This document shows, piece by piece, positions 41,501 through 56,408 of a stretch of DNA of 64,000 bases. Each line of letters starts with the position of its first letter. Within the stretch, counting starts at the first letter, position 1. The translations under genes were made by a program, and so were the position numbers. The notes below the pieces were generated by a model. It ran no database searches. It worked only from the letters and a program-made list of their open reading frames with translations, and had not been told where the DNA came from. Origin of the DNA: Trichoplax adhaerens (Eukaryota > Animalia > Placozoa); contig NW_002060944.1 in NCBI RefSeq assembly GCF_000150275.1, positions 807,014 through 871,013 on the forward strand, in the 5' to 3' direction.

Positions 41501-44500
41501 TGAAATCCACGCGATTGTATAAAGCAGCTCGATGTAGCGGTGTCATATGATTAACATCGCGAATATTCAATCGGCAACCATGCCCGGCTAAGATTTGTCC
41601 AATATTAATATAGCCTTTAATAGCAGCAATATGCATCGGAGTATATAAATTTTTCTACAGAGAAAGACATATGTTATAATTTCAATATTAATTCGGAATT
41701 CTCCGATTAAAATGGAAAGAAGGCAATGATGAAAGTAGAATCAGCTGCTATGAATATCTGCGCTGTGAATAATTGTTAGCTATATTAGAGAAACGGTGAT
41801 ATTTTACAATATTAATAGATGAATACGATTAAGTACAAAGTATATCTTAAACCAATTGTAGTTAACGAGATCATGAATATATTCTATATTGTCATAACAT
41901 ATCTTAAAGCTGAATAGACAAGGTACTCGGTTAAGAATTAAATCAGTATCGACGTCTCTTAGGATTGCAATTTGAGTTTCTCCAATTTCTAAGGCTAATG
42001 CAATACACTATTTCACTAAGGATCTTCGCAACAGGATCTGATCACAATTTCCACTATTGAGAATGTTCGAAAACTACGTTACTATACCCGCTGAGCATTC
42101 ACTTCAGCCCCATGATCAAGGCACAATTTAGTTGCTTCGGAATGGCCATTCTGAACGGCTAGATGTAGAGCAGTTTCACCTTCGTTATCCACACTATTAA
42201 CAAATGATTTAATGTTAATTTCTCGGCTTCTCACTGAAAGAAGAATAAAAAGAAGAATAATAAACAGAAAGAGTTAATCTGCATGGTTAAAGATGTCAAT
42301 ACGCTTAAACCAGTCGTTAAGTCATATCATATACCTGCTTGCAGGATTACTTCCATCACTCTGATGTTACCTTTAGCCGCTGCAAGATGATACGCTGTTG
42401 TTCCATCTAGCGCTTGCCTCATTGGATCAGCTCCTGATGCTAACTAATGTAACATAGAATCTTGCTGTTTATGAAAGTCGATCGTGTAGCCTTCTACTAG
42501 AGTTATTGCAATACCAGTTAATCATAAGGACATGAAAATAAGAACTTACGAATAGCTCACAAATAGTTGACCGACCAAATTTTGCTGTATGATGTAGTAA
42601 AGTTAAACCATTGCGTTCAACACGATGCATTAATAGATTTGCTTGAGTTGGCTTTTCTAGAAGTAAAGTCTAGCAGGTGGATAACATCAATCAAAAACTA
42701 TTACTAATTAAGCTAAGATATCGAAGCGAAAGAATTCAAAATATATCAATTGCATAAGTTAACACTAAAAAACAAGTGCTAACTTGCGCTCTTTTATTAC
42801 TGTAAAGCTTCGCCAAAAGTATCAAGACAATATTTTATACCAGATTTTAAGTTTAGCAGATGGAAATGCTTGAAGCTTGTACATTGTGAAATGAAAGCTG
42901 CCAATTTATAGTTTTTTAGTACTGTAAAGCTTAGGCAAAAATATGAAGACAAAATTTATACTAAATTTTTAGTTCATCATAGGCAAATACCGGAAACTTA
43001 TACATTGCAAAATGATAGCTGGCAGCTAATGCTAGCTTGTGCACGTTTTTTGTGAAGCCAAACAGATAGCTTTCGGTTAAATTTCACATCAAATTTATGC
43101 TTGAAAAATACGCATGGTTAAACAAATAAGCGGCATAAAACAAAGTCAAAAGATGAAAGTGAGCTTGTATTGGATATTCGAACAGTAAAGCTCAGCAGAT
43201 AGTACCATGTACTTTTAAGCATTATAGAAAGAAATCCTTTTACTCGCGCTTGTAGCTAGTTGTGCTAATTATATGGTAGGTTTGCACTGTTAAATCTTCT
43301 ACCTTAACGTAGCTTTCCCACTAAATTATTTTATTCTCACAATATAATCTTTCCAGCTTTTTCCTTAGTACTGATGAGTATAATTGGGCTTATATTAAAG
43401 CCAAAGATTGCAAAAATATATAATAGCGAAAAGAAACTGCAACAGATCTATCCTCAATTTTTGTATCGTAAAGGCGTACGAGAACAAAACCTTAGCTTAC
43501 AGAATTAAAACATGTTTGTATACGTTTATAATCACATTGATTCTACGATCGTATTCTCCACTAGACTACTTTAGCAAAGCTATGTGGATAGAGTCCATCC
43601 ATTTGTACACAGAAGAGCAATTACATTGAAATCTTGGTTATGATACTTTGTCATATTGCGATTAAAGGTACTTAATTACAAGTTTTGCTAATAATTTTCC
43701 AAGCTAAAGATTCATTTCCTAGTGTTATTATTAACTGAAATAAGAATTCTACCTCCACACTCTCGCGATGGCCATATTTTATAGCCAAATGCATGGCAGT
43801 GCATCCACTTAAATCTTCAATAGAGCTATCGGCATGATGGGCTAATAGCGTTTTTAGACAAATGGAATTTTTCATGGCAGTAAAATGTAATGGTGTTTGA
43901 CCGAATTCTCCACGAACATTAACATCTAAATCAATTAATATGAGCAAAAATACTTAGTATATTTGTCTTTGCAGCCAGAGTCTTTAGCAGACTATGTCTA
44001 GTACATAAAATCTTTTGCTTTATTTTGCACAACATTACAATATTGATTTTATATCCTTTTACCTCTAGTTTGAGATATTACAGAGATACTCAAAGGACTT
44101 TTGCACACTATCATATCAAATTTTGCCTTTATTTTATTTATTTTTTTGTGATCGTTATAAATACGCTAGAATTTACTTTAGTGCAGCAATGTAAAACTGT
44201 TGATTTCGGACATTTTCTCTCTACTGTATATCTTATAATTTCCATAGTAGATTAAGACACACTTCTGTATGCTATGATAATATTAGTTTCATGCATTTTT
44301 TGCCTATACTTTGTGATAGCTGTAGATTGGTGAAAAGCTATTTTTACTTTTCATCACAATATTGGTTTATATGCTTTTACCTCTACTTTGAGATAGCTAC
44401 AGAGACTAAATCGGATTTTTGCACTCTACCATATACAATTTTACCTCTACCTTTTTTTACTTATGTGATCGTTATAGATACACTAGAATGTACTTTTATG

Positions 44501-45454
44501 CAATGTTGCAGTATCAATTTTGTGCATTTTGCGTTCTATATTATGTGGTAGCTACAGTAGACTACGATATACTTCAATACATCATCCTACTGTTCGCAAT
44601 AGATATAGGAAAACTAAAATCTTGACCAATTACAGTTATTTCTTTAGTATAGTTTATAAAAATTTTTAGGACAGTACCACAACTATGATTCCATACATAC
44701 AGTACTGCAGAATTTGTTGCGTTAACGTGCATAGGCATAAAATGCAATTTATAATGAGAAATTAAAGAAGATTAAGATCAAGAGCTAGATCTTGTTGTAT
44801 CTAAATAATATAACAGAATTGAATCGATGGTGGAACATGATTCTGGTAATGATCAAATTGTTTTGTATCCCTACTGTAACGCAATTTAAACTAATGCTTT
44901 TGCCACATTTAAGAAGGAATCAATGCTAATTCTTACCTGCACCAATTTCAATTAAGTATTTAACGATATCAACATGATCACCCAAGACAGCATAATGTAA
45001 TGGAGCCATCTCATACTCATCTAATCTATTGATATCATGATGATTCTTGCGATCGGATAAAATATGTCTTAATATGCCGGCAACACCTTCTTTAGCAGCC
45101 TTCAAGATCATAACAAGCTTAAAATTAGCTAGGGATACAGATATGGCAATATTGAGTTTTATCCCTGAAAAGTCTAGCCATCGTTCGATTAATCAAACTT
45201 ACCCGATGTACACTAATGTTAATGTCAACTTCTGGTAAAGTAAAGCGCGAGCGAGCAGTAACAGCTTGGACTCGTTGTAAATCAATGGATGGTAAACGGA
45301 AATTATATCGATTGTTGATGGTAATGATTGGAGCACTTTCACTGGAAGAACTTTTGCAATCGTCAAAGTCTTCTTCATCATCTTCTTGCAAACGAATAGA
45401 AACAGGGTTCCCAACAGGATTACGATAGGATCTTCGGCTAAATATTTTAGACAT
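35594..45454 (-). CDS. TRPA1: TRPA1-like ankyrin-repeat TRP cation channel, multi-exon
   Basis: About 17 ankyrin repeats (e.g. MAPLHYAV, QTPLHFTA, ETALHLAV, MTPLHRAA, FTPVLCAS, KTCLHWAA, NTPLHLAA, RTPLHFAV, NTALHLAS); linker PMKRLIEKMP..VLDKC; pre-S1 LLQHPL...MKW; six TM segments; pore SMLGEIDY; S6/TRP-like LVNLMIGLAVGDI; C-terminal coiled coil; stop at 35594-35596. Confidence 0.92.
42795..43025. repeat. Intronic tandem repeat, ~122 bp x2 plus partial copies
   Basis: tactgtaaagctt..caaaa..at.aagacaa..tttata...tacattg.gaaatga.agctg.ca at about 42798 and 42920. Confidence 0.8.
44038..44590. repeat. Intronic tandem duplication, ~320-bp period
   Basis: acaatattg.tttatat.cttttacctcta.tttgagata...tgtgatcgttata.atac.ctagaat.tacttt at about 44038 and 44357. 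Confidence 0.8.
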
Positions 45455-47473
45455 ATTTTCTAAGTAGGCCAATACAGAATGATTTTTGTATAATAACTAT
45501 TAGTAAAATAGGTCGTAGACTACTCATATGCAAAAATTGCAGAAATGGCAGCAATGATGAGTGGAAAGAGTATAAATCCAAATCTAACAAATACTGCTTC
45601 TAGCTTAGAATGCTGGTGATGTGATAGTTGGCCAATATTGCAGAATTGAACAAGATTTATATCTTTATAAGTTATTTTGCAGGAAATGATAGATATTTCA
45701 GCTGATCGAGATGGCTTATTGAAAAACAGGTAAAGAGAAATCACTTGGAACCAAAATCAACTCTGAAATTGAATTAAAAAAAAATAAGGGAAAGACTTGT
45801 GTTTTAAGGTAGAATGATGAGCTATGATGATGGATCTTGCCTTGAATGGAACGCTCTGCTTGATTCATAAACGGCAAATAAGATCTATGAGAAAAAGAAC
45901 AAGCTAATTGGCACTAGATTGCAAGTAAGTTTCCGTAATCCGCTGGAAAAGAATCGGAATAAAAAAATTGAGATAAAATATCAATGAACTAAATTAAGAT
46001 GATCTCGCAAGTATTTGCTTTGATGACATCAGAATGTTAAAAACACCTGTTAGCCTTTGAAGATACAATGTACATACGATGAAAGGATTGCCTGTAACTT
46101 CTTTTTGGAAGCCAATGCTACAAGTACCAGATGAAATGGGAGACTGCAGACTGATTGATTCGATTTATTATTGCTGATATGCCTTAACATTCAATTTGTT
46201 ATCCAAGCGAAGATGTTATTGACATAACTAGAATGAAAATAACAATTTAGCCATATGGTTAAGGGAAATAAATTGATCGATTCTTCATATAGTCGACAAG
46301 ATTATTCTTAGTCTACTTGCTACTTAATCAATATTACAACATATTTTTTGACCTTGATTAGCATAACTTTAATTATGATATTTTAGGAACGATATCGTCT
46401 AGTCAATATTAATCAAGATGATGTTCATTTGTTGACCCGATGATAGTATTGAATTAAATATAGATTTCCAATGCAGAATCGATACAAAATGTTTATCGAT
46501 ATCTTGATGATAGGATGAATGAATTACTTTATTCATTACGTAAGATTTTTGTATTGAAGCACATGGTCGATATAAATAGTGTAAAATTCCTTAAGCAGAA
46601 CAGGTTCGACTTGTACTGTTTTTTTTTGTTGTATCTACTTACATAAGGATTCAGCAGGCAACCACAAAGGTCGTTTGAAATCAATTAATATTAGTACGAT
46701 TATGTTATATTGATGTACTAAATATAGTTTTATAGAAATCGTGAAAAAAATCCAAGTAATCCTAGCTAGAACTTAAGTTATTTAATAACTATAACATATT
46801 AACTATACCGGAGAATCGAATTCAGAGGATTTCATTAATAGCAATTACAGAAATATAAAACTACCGACTATTCGTACACAAAATCACAACAGCGATACAA
46901 AAGCCAACTCTCCATTTCAACCTATCTTTTATGTTTATTAGAATTTTAAGCAGGATATAATATAGCTATCATACATCGGACACAATTCTTCGATGTTTGA
47001 TTATTTTTTATCCAGTGATATAGATCATGAGCATAATTAATAAATTCCATGTGCTTGTATATCTTACATTATATTGATACATGAACGTTAAAAGGACGAT
47101 AGCATAAAGCCACGTATATGCGTATAGTGCTACGGTATTATAGATAACTTAAATTAAAAATTGACAGTAATATATAACACATTACATTTAATCAGGAATT
47201 TACGACACAGCGGTAATCCATTTGCATATTGCCTATCACCAAGGTAAGTAAATTCGATAGCAATAGAATTAACAACGATATCAACAACCATACAGTATTA
47301 TCAATTCCATAATATGATCAATAAAGTTAATTTTTAAAAACATTTAATTGTCGCTTTCTCAGTATCATAAACAAACAAACGCAAAACAAGGAATACTAGA
47401 AGGTAATCCAATGCCGCTATGCAAAACGATAGTTCTTAATAAGATACAAGATTGTACGTCGTTGATGTTGAAA

Positions 47474-50400
47474 TTATGAAGCCAATAAAGGAGCAGGTGC
47501 CTTTCTTTTAACTCCTGCTCAAAATAAGGTACACAGTATTTACTATGTTGACCAATTTCCGTAAACATACAACAAAATTACTTAATCCTAATAAAACATT
47601 GCACAAGTGTCCTCTTACTGGACGATGGAGAAAATCAATTCAAATTATTCCGATACTACATGGTTTCGTAACTCCTAATAAGAAGGTTAATCGTCGATAG
47701 TTACATTAAGCTTACCCGGATCTTCAGTTGGTACATCAGGTAACTCGACGTCTTCTGTCGTAGTTGCAGGAAGACTTGCTGCAGGAACATCTGGTAAATT
47801 TTGAAGTTCCTATCGCAATATATGCCATCAGTCAATATAAACAGGATAAACTACTATATGTGCAGCAGTTTAAGTTAAAATACAACATTAGCTAATAATC
47901 AATTGTAATTATCTGCACACTATGGCACCTGTTGTGTAATTTGTTCAAGTTCAGCAAGAACTGCGGTTTCGTCTTCGTCTGTCAGCGTATTACCCAACAA
48001 CTCATCAATTTGCTAAGATTCATTCAAACAATAATAAGTGCTGGGCAGCCATCGAGTTGGGAATGACATTAGCTATTAGATATAATTATAGTTAAAAACC
48101 TTTTGATATTCAATAGCTTCTTGCGTTTCATCCATAATTCTTTCAACGTCTTCAATAGACATCATCTACATGTCACAGATGACAAAAGGCTTCCGTATTA
48201 TACGACGTATGTACAAAATTATCATGATTATACTCGCATACGACATTTCGAAATCATACTTCTAATAGGACTACATTTGGGTAACGCATATTATTAGTTT
48301 TAAAAAATAGTGATTACTATGACATATCTTTAGCTAAAGAAGTATAGTATCGATGTTTAAATACGATATTTTTAATTTAGTTTGAAGTATCATAGAGATG
48401 ACAAGATTAAAAGACATACAACAATAGTTCACCCACCTTATGCATTCTATCTAAGCACTCGTTACCCTGCTTCAAGCGTTCCACAACTTGTACCTGTATC
48501 TTGGCAAATTCTACATCATTTACCTGAAGTTAAAAGAAATTTTTACTGAGGATATAGATCAGAGGTGTCATTCAAAGCAGTGTAAAAACTAGGGAATCAA
48601 TATTTAATTATTGGTGCTGTCATTACAATTGCAATCTATATCACTATTTGGGTTTAGAATCGAGCAAAGAACGGTTTTATTATAATTGTGTGTAATAGTT
48701 TTGTTGCGTAATTAATGATTTACCATTCGTTCTAAACCATCAAGCTGACCATCCGTTTTTTCTAGTAGCGATTCATAATATCTTTTCTTCTTTAACAGAA
48801 GTTTGGCTTTACTAATGACAACGTTAGTTTAATAAGTTAATAACATAATCATGATACATGTATATTTACTATTTTCATCAACTTTGATACAAATTTTAAA
48901 AAATTTTTTATTTACAAAAGGGAAAGGGTATCAATATCTCGATCATCATACAAGAAGATATATTTCGTAGAACCAGGCTAAATTATAGCATTAGTCATGA
49001 GAAATTAATTTTAACTAAAACTATTTCACGATCACGGTATTAATGTGCTTAGGTCTAAATTGGATTAAACGAATGAGTCCTTTTGGATAGGGAGTAAAGG
49101 TAAAGTCTACCGTAAAATGTGTATTAACTTCTCAGATGTCCTTTCAAAAATATACTGTATGCATGCCTATGTTTGTAGCGTTGCAGCTATAATCAATGCA
49201 GGCGTAGATTTGCTTTCCTTCATTTTTTACTCGATATTAAACATTGCTATGATTTTACTTACTCTACTTTCTTTTGCTTCACAAGATCTTTCGCGAAGGC
49301 TCTTTCTTGTTCTAAACTTATTTTGATCTGGATGAAAGCAAAAACATCAATAAAGAGTTAGACTGATAAGTGATCTACGTACCATAATTGTAAATAGCAA
49401 ACTGAACAACATCTTCATCATGCCATTTAAGCAAGAGAGATCTAACTTAACCTACCCTTTTTTGATATTGTTGCAGTTTGTCTCGTTGTTGCTTGAGCCC
49501 CTATTGACAGTAGAAAAAAAAAATGAAAGATAGTGGATCATCAGTTATAGAGGTAAATAAAGCAGTTAATTTGATTCTGGTCTTGGAACAGCATAGGAAA
49601 TAAAAATATAAATGATTTAAGCACCTAGTTTGTATAAGCGGAATTGTTATCAAGGCTGATCTGATATAAATTATGATACTACACTTAGACATCTACATCA
49701 TAAACAGTACAACCTCTTTGTACATGATCTGTATCTACTTACAAACTGATTACAAGCAATTTTAAGCAATTTATGGTCCGTGGTTCTCTCTAAAGTGTAA
49801 TGTATTAGAAGAGAGCCGCCTGGGTATTTGATTTCATTTTATACTTACATTGCTTATGCTTGACTAGTATTATAGTTTCATATCTAATATGTACGCACAA
49901 CTCATGTAGTGCCTTGTCCGATGCTAATATAAAAATCGGTTTCATACGTTACTTCTATTAAATTTACGCATAATTAATACTATAGGCTGTCTAAGTCAGA
50001 TCTTGATACACTATCCAAATGATTTTTAAATCATTTAGGCAATCTCTAGCTAATTACATCAGTCTGAACCCTATCTCATATATTGGCAGCAACGTAAAAT
50101 CAAGAAACCACTAGATACTGTAAAGCATCTACTAGTACTAGTAGTCCATGATAAAATCCACCCATATCTTGTTCTGTCCACGACATCATGCAAAAGCTTT
50201 AAATAATATGTTACTCCATTATCGAAATACTAGTTTATCACCTGAATAATATAACACGAACCTAATTTAGCTATTCTAAGTTAAAAAGAAAGGTGTATAC
50301 TAATCATGATGAATATCGATGGCGTTTCCATCCGATATCCTATCATATCAATTGAGAAACGTTTATCTCGATGCACTACAAGATTAAATACCGCACCATG

Positions 50401-50579
50401 AACTACGAATTGATTCTACGTCTCCATAACATTGGTTATTCATCAGAAAACTCAACAGCAAGAATAATAATATAATCTATCCTCCAAACAGACATCATAC
50501 GAACCAAAACAGCTCGATCTTGTTCAGTAATTTGATGCTTTTCCTCTTTTGGTTTACTCTTACCAAATAGAGCCCCCAT
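47474..50579 (-). CDS. CHMP6: Charged multivesicular body protein 6 (VPS20, ESCRT-III), multi-exon
   Basis: N-myristoylation start MGALFGKSK...ITEQDRAVLGLKQQRDKLQQYQKR, AKLLLKKKRYYESLLEKTDGQLDGLERM, VEFAKIQVQVVERLKQGNECL, MSIEDVERIMDETQEAIEYQ, LPDVP/LPDVPTEDP (MIM2-like), ending PLLAS*. Confidence 0.93.
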
Positions 50580-51537
50580 TTTGTTCTGATGAGGAAGACG
50601 GTATTGCGCATGACTAGTATGACGTCATGATTGGAGGGAGGTCCAGTTGGTACCGGTCCAGTCCATATCTCAGCAAAGCGGTCTCCGCGATCGATATCAG
50701 CCATTGCCCTAGAAACTCATATAAATACTATTGCAATTTGGCGTGTTTGGAACCTACCCTTGAATACGATTTGTCCAATTCTCATCCTAGTAGCCATACC
50801 CAAACGTGAGCCATTCATCCATAGTAATCATCTATTGCCGGTTGGATAATTGATTTACTATCAGCACCATGCATGCGCGTGTTCAATGACTAGGTACAAG
50901 CGCATACTCTCCTTTGGCGCTATACTAAACTATATAAAATTTACTGGTTCGTCCTACTTCTTTAGCACAACTCATCTCCAGCTAGCTCGATAGAAATTCT
51001 TCGCTGGATTCCTCGTTATTTCTTACCTTTCCTAGCTATAACTTGATAATATCCTAGAATTATCCTTAGTTAGTAGCAGTATTGGCAACCAGGAAGACTG
51101 TTATTACAAGATCATACACGAAAAGGAGAGAAAGAGCATGATATCTTGACGTAAGCAATGATAATCGGTTGCCCTTGTTGGAGATTTCTTGTTATAATCT
51201 AATGCTTGGATTGATGAAAATTAGCTCTTGCAGACTTTTGGAATCATATTCGATCCTTAGAAATTGTAGGATAGTAGTGCGATTATTGCCTTGAAACAAC
51301 TAGGAAAAAGGAGGTAGACTGCTCTCTTCTCTAACTCGATACTGTTATAGTGTAGTATTTGTATCCATTGATCTGTTCAAGTTGTTGTAAGATTCTTGCA
51401 CATCCTCGTTGTGTGCATCGATTGAATACGATGCTCGCATGGTAGGCTATCATGACAACATTGCGATCCACTGCTAAAGGCTAATTTTCAATGTAATCTA
51501 CCTGTATATCTAATTCTAGACTAGTTTATTCAAAGCT
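50580..51537. promoter_or_regulatory. Divergent promoter region CHMP6 / RRN3
   Basis: Head-to-head genes; palindromic CRE ATGACGTCAT at 50619-50628, TGCGCATG (~50605), ATTGG (CCAAT) box and GCATGCGC (~50870). Confidence 0.6.
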
Positions 51538-54500
51538 ATGGACGAAGTAGAAGCGTCAGATATGAGTGGAGATGAGGAATATTCAGATTCAGGCCAAGGG
51601 GCTATGATTATGGCTACGGTGATACATAAAGCATTGGAAAATAAGAAAAAGGTAATGGTAGTTCTAGGCATCTATTCAATCGGCCTTCATTCATCTCGTA
51701 GTAATATTCAAAAACTGGTTGATCATGAAATTACCGAATACAGTAAATACTTTGCAATATTACTGTATCGTACAAGTCAGCGATAGTGAAATATTTTACT
51801 TGCAACGAGAAAGTAACATTATTAGTGATCATCATCTATGGGTGTATAAACCATGACTGCAGCATGATGCGATTTTCTCGTAATTAATTCAGTTACTGGT
51901 GCTGCTATTTTAGATCGTCTACAGAAACACGATTTCTCCTATTTTATTACTTCAGAATATCATGAACATACTGTTATAACAATCATATACAAAATTCTAC
52001 GTAGACTATTAGACTTTGAAATAGACAACTTAGATATCTAGTACAATAATTAGAATTGATCAATGTTCAGTTAACGTAGACAACATAAAACATGGCAAGA
52101 TAGCCACTTGACAGGATCACAAAGTACTATAAATCGTGTAATTTTGCTGCCAAAACTCTACTAACTTCTAACCATGAATAGTAAACTGGAAATCAAGTAG
52201 ATGGTATAATCTGGCTAAAAACACGCCACGTAAAGTGAAACAAGTTTATAGTTGATGCATAAATCTATTGTATGTTCATCAAGGTGTTGAATCAGTTTAT
52301 CAGAATGCAATCAAACGAATAGATTACGAATGAACATACATCGTAATAAAAATAATATTGTTTGGTACAGTCAACACTGAGCTGGATAACTCAATTGTGA
52401 TTATACATTCTAATTATAACAAAATATATTATAGGGATTGCAAAAAGACTATGACTGGATCGTACATCAGCTATCGCAAGACAATATGGACGTGAGTTAT
52501 AATGAAAGAGAGAATAGTTAGCTCTAAATAAATAGCATGTTCAGTAATAACTGTTACAATTTACTTGATAAAGATAACGAAATTTTACAGTATCTCATCA
52601 TATTGGACACTTGATGTCAATAGAATGTTATTCTTTTAATTCCATCAAAACATAAATGATAAAAATTCTTTCAATTGCATGATAGGCTCAAATCTTTTAC
52701 CGATGGTTAAAAAGTCTGAGATATTGTACAACAGATATTAACCATAAATGTGAATCACTTGTCAATGCAACTTTGGTGAGTCCAGGTCTTATGGATAAGA
52801 TCTCTTACAAAGATTCACTTGCAATACATGCAATACTCGTTCAATATAATATCCAATTATACCTTAAAATATTACAATTACATTAGAAAATAAAATGGAT
52901 CGATCGTGAAGAATCACTATTAGATCTTTATATTGGATGGCTGGCAGATCTAGTTACGGTGCATACTTCGTTCTACCTTGATCCGTGCCTGAGAATGCTA
53001 ATTAATCACTTTATGTCAAGTTAGTAAAGCAATGATATTTCTTCCTCGTAGGAACATATATCAAAGTTACAGCGTAAATTAATTTTGGATATTCTTTCAA
53101 TCATTCATAGGCAATGATTCTCGCGAACTTACCGTTGGAGAAAATCAAAGTTTTGACATTTGTGAGTAGAATTATGCCCTCATAAGCTCTTTATTGTTTT
53201 ACAATTAACGTATTAATGTTTTATTACTACTGTATCGGTGTCTTAGTATTCCAATTTGCTATTAGGTTTCTATGATACTATAATTTGTTCTTTTCTTTCC
53301 TTCGTTAATAGTTGGGAACAAGCAAGTTCATCGCGCAATGCAAACTGTTCTACATTTAGTCCCATCGTACGTATTACATCATTCATTATGAGAATAGAAT
53401 ACAGGGCTGATAGTTTATGAGATGAAGTGCGAGCTATTATTGCATTCTTATTCTTATACTTTCAAAGGCATGATAATTACTTAGTAATGTTCTTCCATAG
53501 GTCCCAAACAAGATTAATACCTATTTTAACACATTATTTTCCATCGGAATATAAGCCATTAGATCAATATGTAATTCTATAAGATTCAATATCATTTGCT
53601 TAATTATTGGATTAGATAGACTAGGGATAATCAATATCCATCTTTTTCTTTTTCCCGACTCATATTCAAGGTTTATTATGTTAGTAATTTATTGCGTTTG
53701 ACTGTTTACGCACCTGGATTGCGCTCACAAATTCTAGAGTTAACTGTCCACAAACTAGTCAAAGTTGATGTAAGACTTGATAACATTATGAATTGAGTTT
53801 AAAAAGTGCATCATCAACCTTTAAATTGTAATCGACTAAGAATGACCCATTTGACTGAAGGTGGAGGTATCGCGAGACTCGATAAACAAAATCAACCAAA
53901 TATTTGCTGATGACGAAATGCAGTTCGATGTTGACTTGGTAAGATTTAATTTGAAGTATTTATATATATTTTCATAAATTTTATTTTCGTATTAATAATT
54001 CCTTTATTTGCAATGATTGGTATAAATTACTTCATGTGATTGCCGTTTAGGAGATGAATGATAGTAATTCTGCTGATAAATTAGCTGTACTACCTAGAGA
54101 TCTTCAACAAATTGCTAATTTAGCTGATAAATTGGACCTGTCAATGTCGATCTTCTTATCTTACATTAGTATTATATGCTATCAACAAGGTAAGATGAAA
54201 AGTTCGAACAGATTTTTTACTTCTGACGTAAATTATAAATCAATCAATTAAAAAAATTAGTTATAAAGATACTATGAAATGTTATCCATTTCTAATCTTT
54301 AGGCAAGTTTGATCAATCTGCCGCATCACTACTATTTACGGATTTATTGACAGTTAGTTATGCTTACAAGATGCTGCTATTACAATTTCTATAATAATTT
54401 TCATTATAATATACGCTAGACTAATATTAATCTTATTATTCGGTTGGAAACAGGCTTTCGATACCATTATTTTGCCAACGCATGACATTTGCCACATCCA

Positions 54501-56408
54501 ATTCTATTTATTCGTGACATGTAGCTATGACGAAGAATTTGTAAAACAGATGCTTCATTTGTGCTGGAATAAGGTATTTTTATTATAATACGATGTCACA
54601 CAGGAGCCTCGCTTAACTTTAATATTCACCAGCTAACGCTTAAACTATCTTTATAATTTAGTTCGAAGACACAAATGTACCCGGTTGGTGGGCAATTTAA
54701 GTCGTTGAATTTACTAATAAAATAGGTTTTAACCATATAATTATAACTACCGTGTCATAATATGGCAAATATTTATTTACAGCTGTTTTACGTCAAACTT
54801 CTGTGGCCTACATCGCAAGTTTCGTTGCTAGAGCAAAATTTGTGCCATTAAGGTCAGATTATTGATGTTAATGTAAAAAATCTTTGTCAACAAATTTGGA
54901 ATTAGACTAATTTATAGTTAAAGTATTACATCCCGCATTTTATTGATAATGTTACACGACATTGATAGTTATAAACATTTCGTCAATGATAGGTAATCGT
55001 ATTAATCAATGACATTAATCTTTCATATATTAGAATTATCAATACATGCATAGAAATATTTTGTACCTGGATTCATAGGTAATTTATATTGTGTATCTTG
55101 ATTTAGACCTTTGATAGCGTTATTAGGAAGGATACAGCATATTACTATTCAATATTTAATGTTGTAGATATCTTGATGAACATGGAAATTGCACCACTGC
55201 CGATATTGACACACACTGCCTTTTCTATTCTGCCTGCCAAGTACATTCTAAAATAAGATTTAATTTTATAAGATATTATAAAGTGTAAATTTATCAACAT
55301 GAATAAAACTGAAATTAGATTAATACCTAATTGCTATGCATTATTATACCCGTGTCTCTATATCTAGTGTTTGTTTTACATGATTGTTTTCAAGCATGAA
55401 AACCTGATGGCAGATGAAGAAGGTCAGTGGTATTACTTTATCAATATAGATATGCTTAGATGAAATTGTCAGTCTTTGTTCGACTTCAATGTTCCTAAAA
55501 TGTGCTTGTACATTGTGAAGGTAAAAAATTACTCAATCGTGGTGGTCTCCAAAGAATTGTTACGTCAAAATTAAACCCATTACGAGTAAGTCTTTACTGC
55601 TTAATCTGCAGTTTGATTTTAGCATAATTAAAATTTTAACCATCCGATATTTGTATAGTTTTGTATGCCGATCCTAGTCAAATTTTTTGCAGCAATTACA
55701 AGGTAAGATTATTTAATTGGCTTATTATGCATGTTTATTCCTTCACATAACTGCTACTGTATGTTTTGACTAAAATTATGGATTAATGTTTGATTGAATA
55801 ATTATAATGTTAGTGAACATGAATTAGTTTATTGCTATACAATTATTGAGAGCAATAAAAGAGAGCAGCTGCCTACCGCTTTATTCGGTGGAGATAAACA
55901 GCTTACGCGTGATATCAACAATCAATTAGATACATTTTTCCCTTTTGATCCTTACCTCCTATCGCGGTATGATAATGTATTTGCTGATAACGTAATTAGT
56001 TGTATGTTCATGTTTTAATCGTAATCGTAGAATGTAGAATTAAATATAATATAGCAAATATCCTAATCCTGTATAGGTCGGCTAAAACGATCGAACCTCT
56101 ATATCAAAGCTGGGATGATAACCTAAACTCTAATGCTGCCTGTACAAAAAATCAACAAGAGGTCGATTTTGATATTTTGCGGCTAGTCGTTGCTAAATAC
56201 TAATTTAGACAGGTCTTAATTTTTTATATATATTGCACGATAGGAGAATGAGGACGATGACGATTATCTATCTTCTGATGCATTGTCTCCATACGACTGT
56301 ATGAATAGTTTCTCTCCAGGATTTGGTATTTCTCCTGCAAGGGCAATGATGCAGAATTACTATAGAGCAAGGAGCCATTCAAATTCAATGAACGATGATA
56401 AGTTTTAA
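51538..56408 (+). CDS. RRN3: RNA polymerase I transcription initiation factor RRN3 (TIF-IA), multi-exon
   Basis: Spliced motifs W.DREE, LVKVDV, ADKLDLSM, IILPTHDICHIQFYLF, RQTSVAYIASFVARAKF, HTAFYSACQ, LNPLRFC, LDTFFPFDPYLLSRS..IEPLYQSW. Includes a 22-nt micro-exon at 54662-54683; stop at 56406-56408. Confidence 0.92.

Noticed and set aside
45520-45744. 74-aa ORF with hydrophobic C-terminus upstream of TRPA1
   Set aside because: Non-ATG start, no family resemblance; probably 5' UTR or intron.
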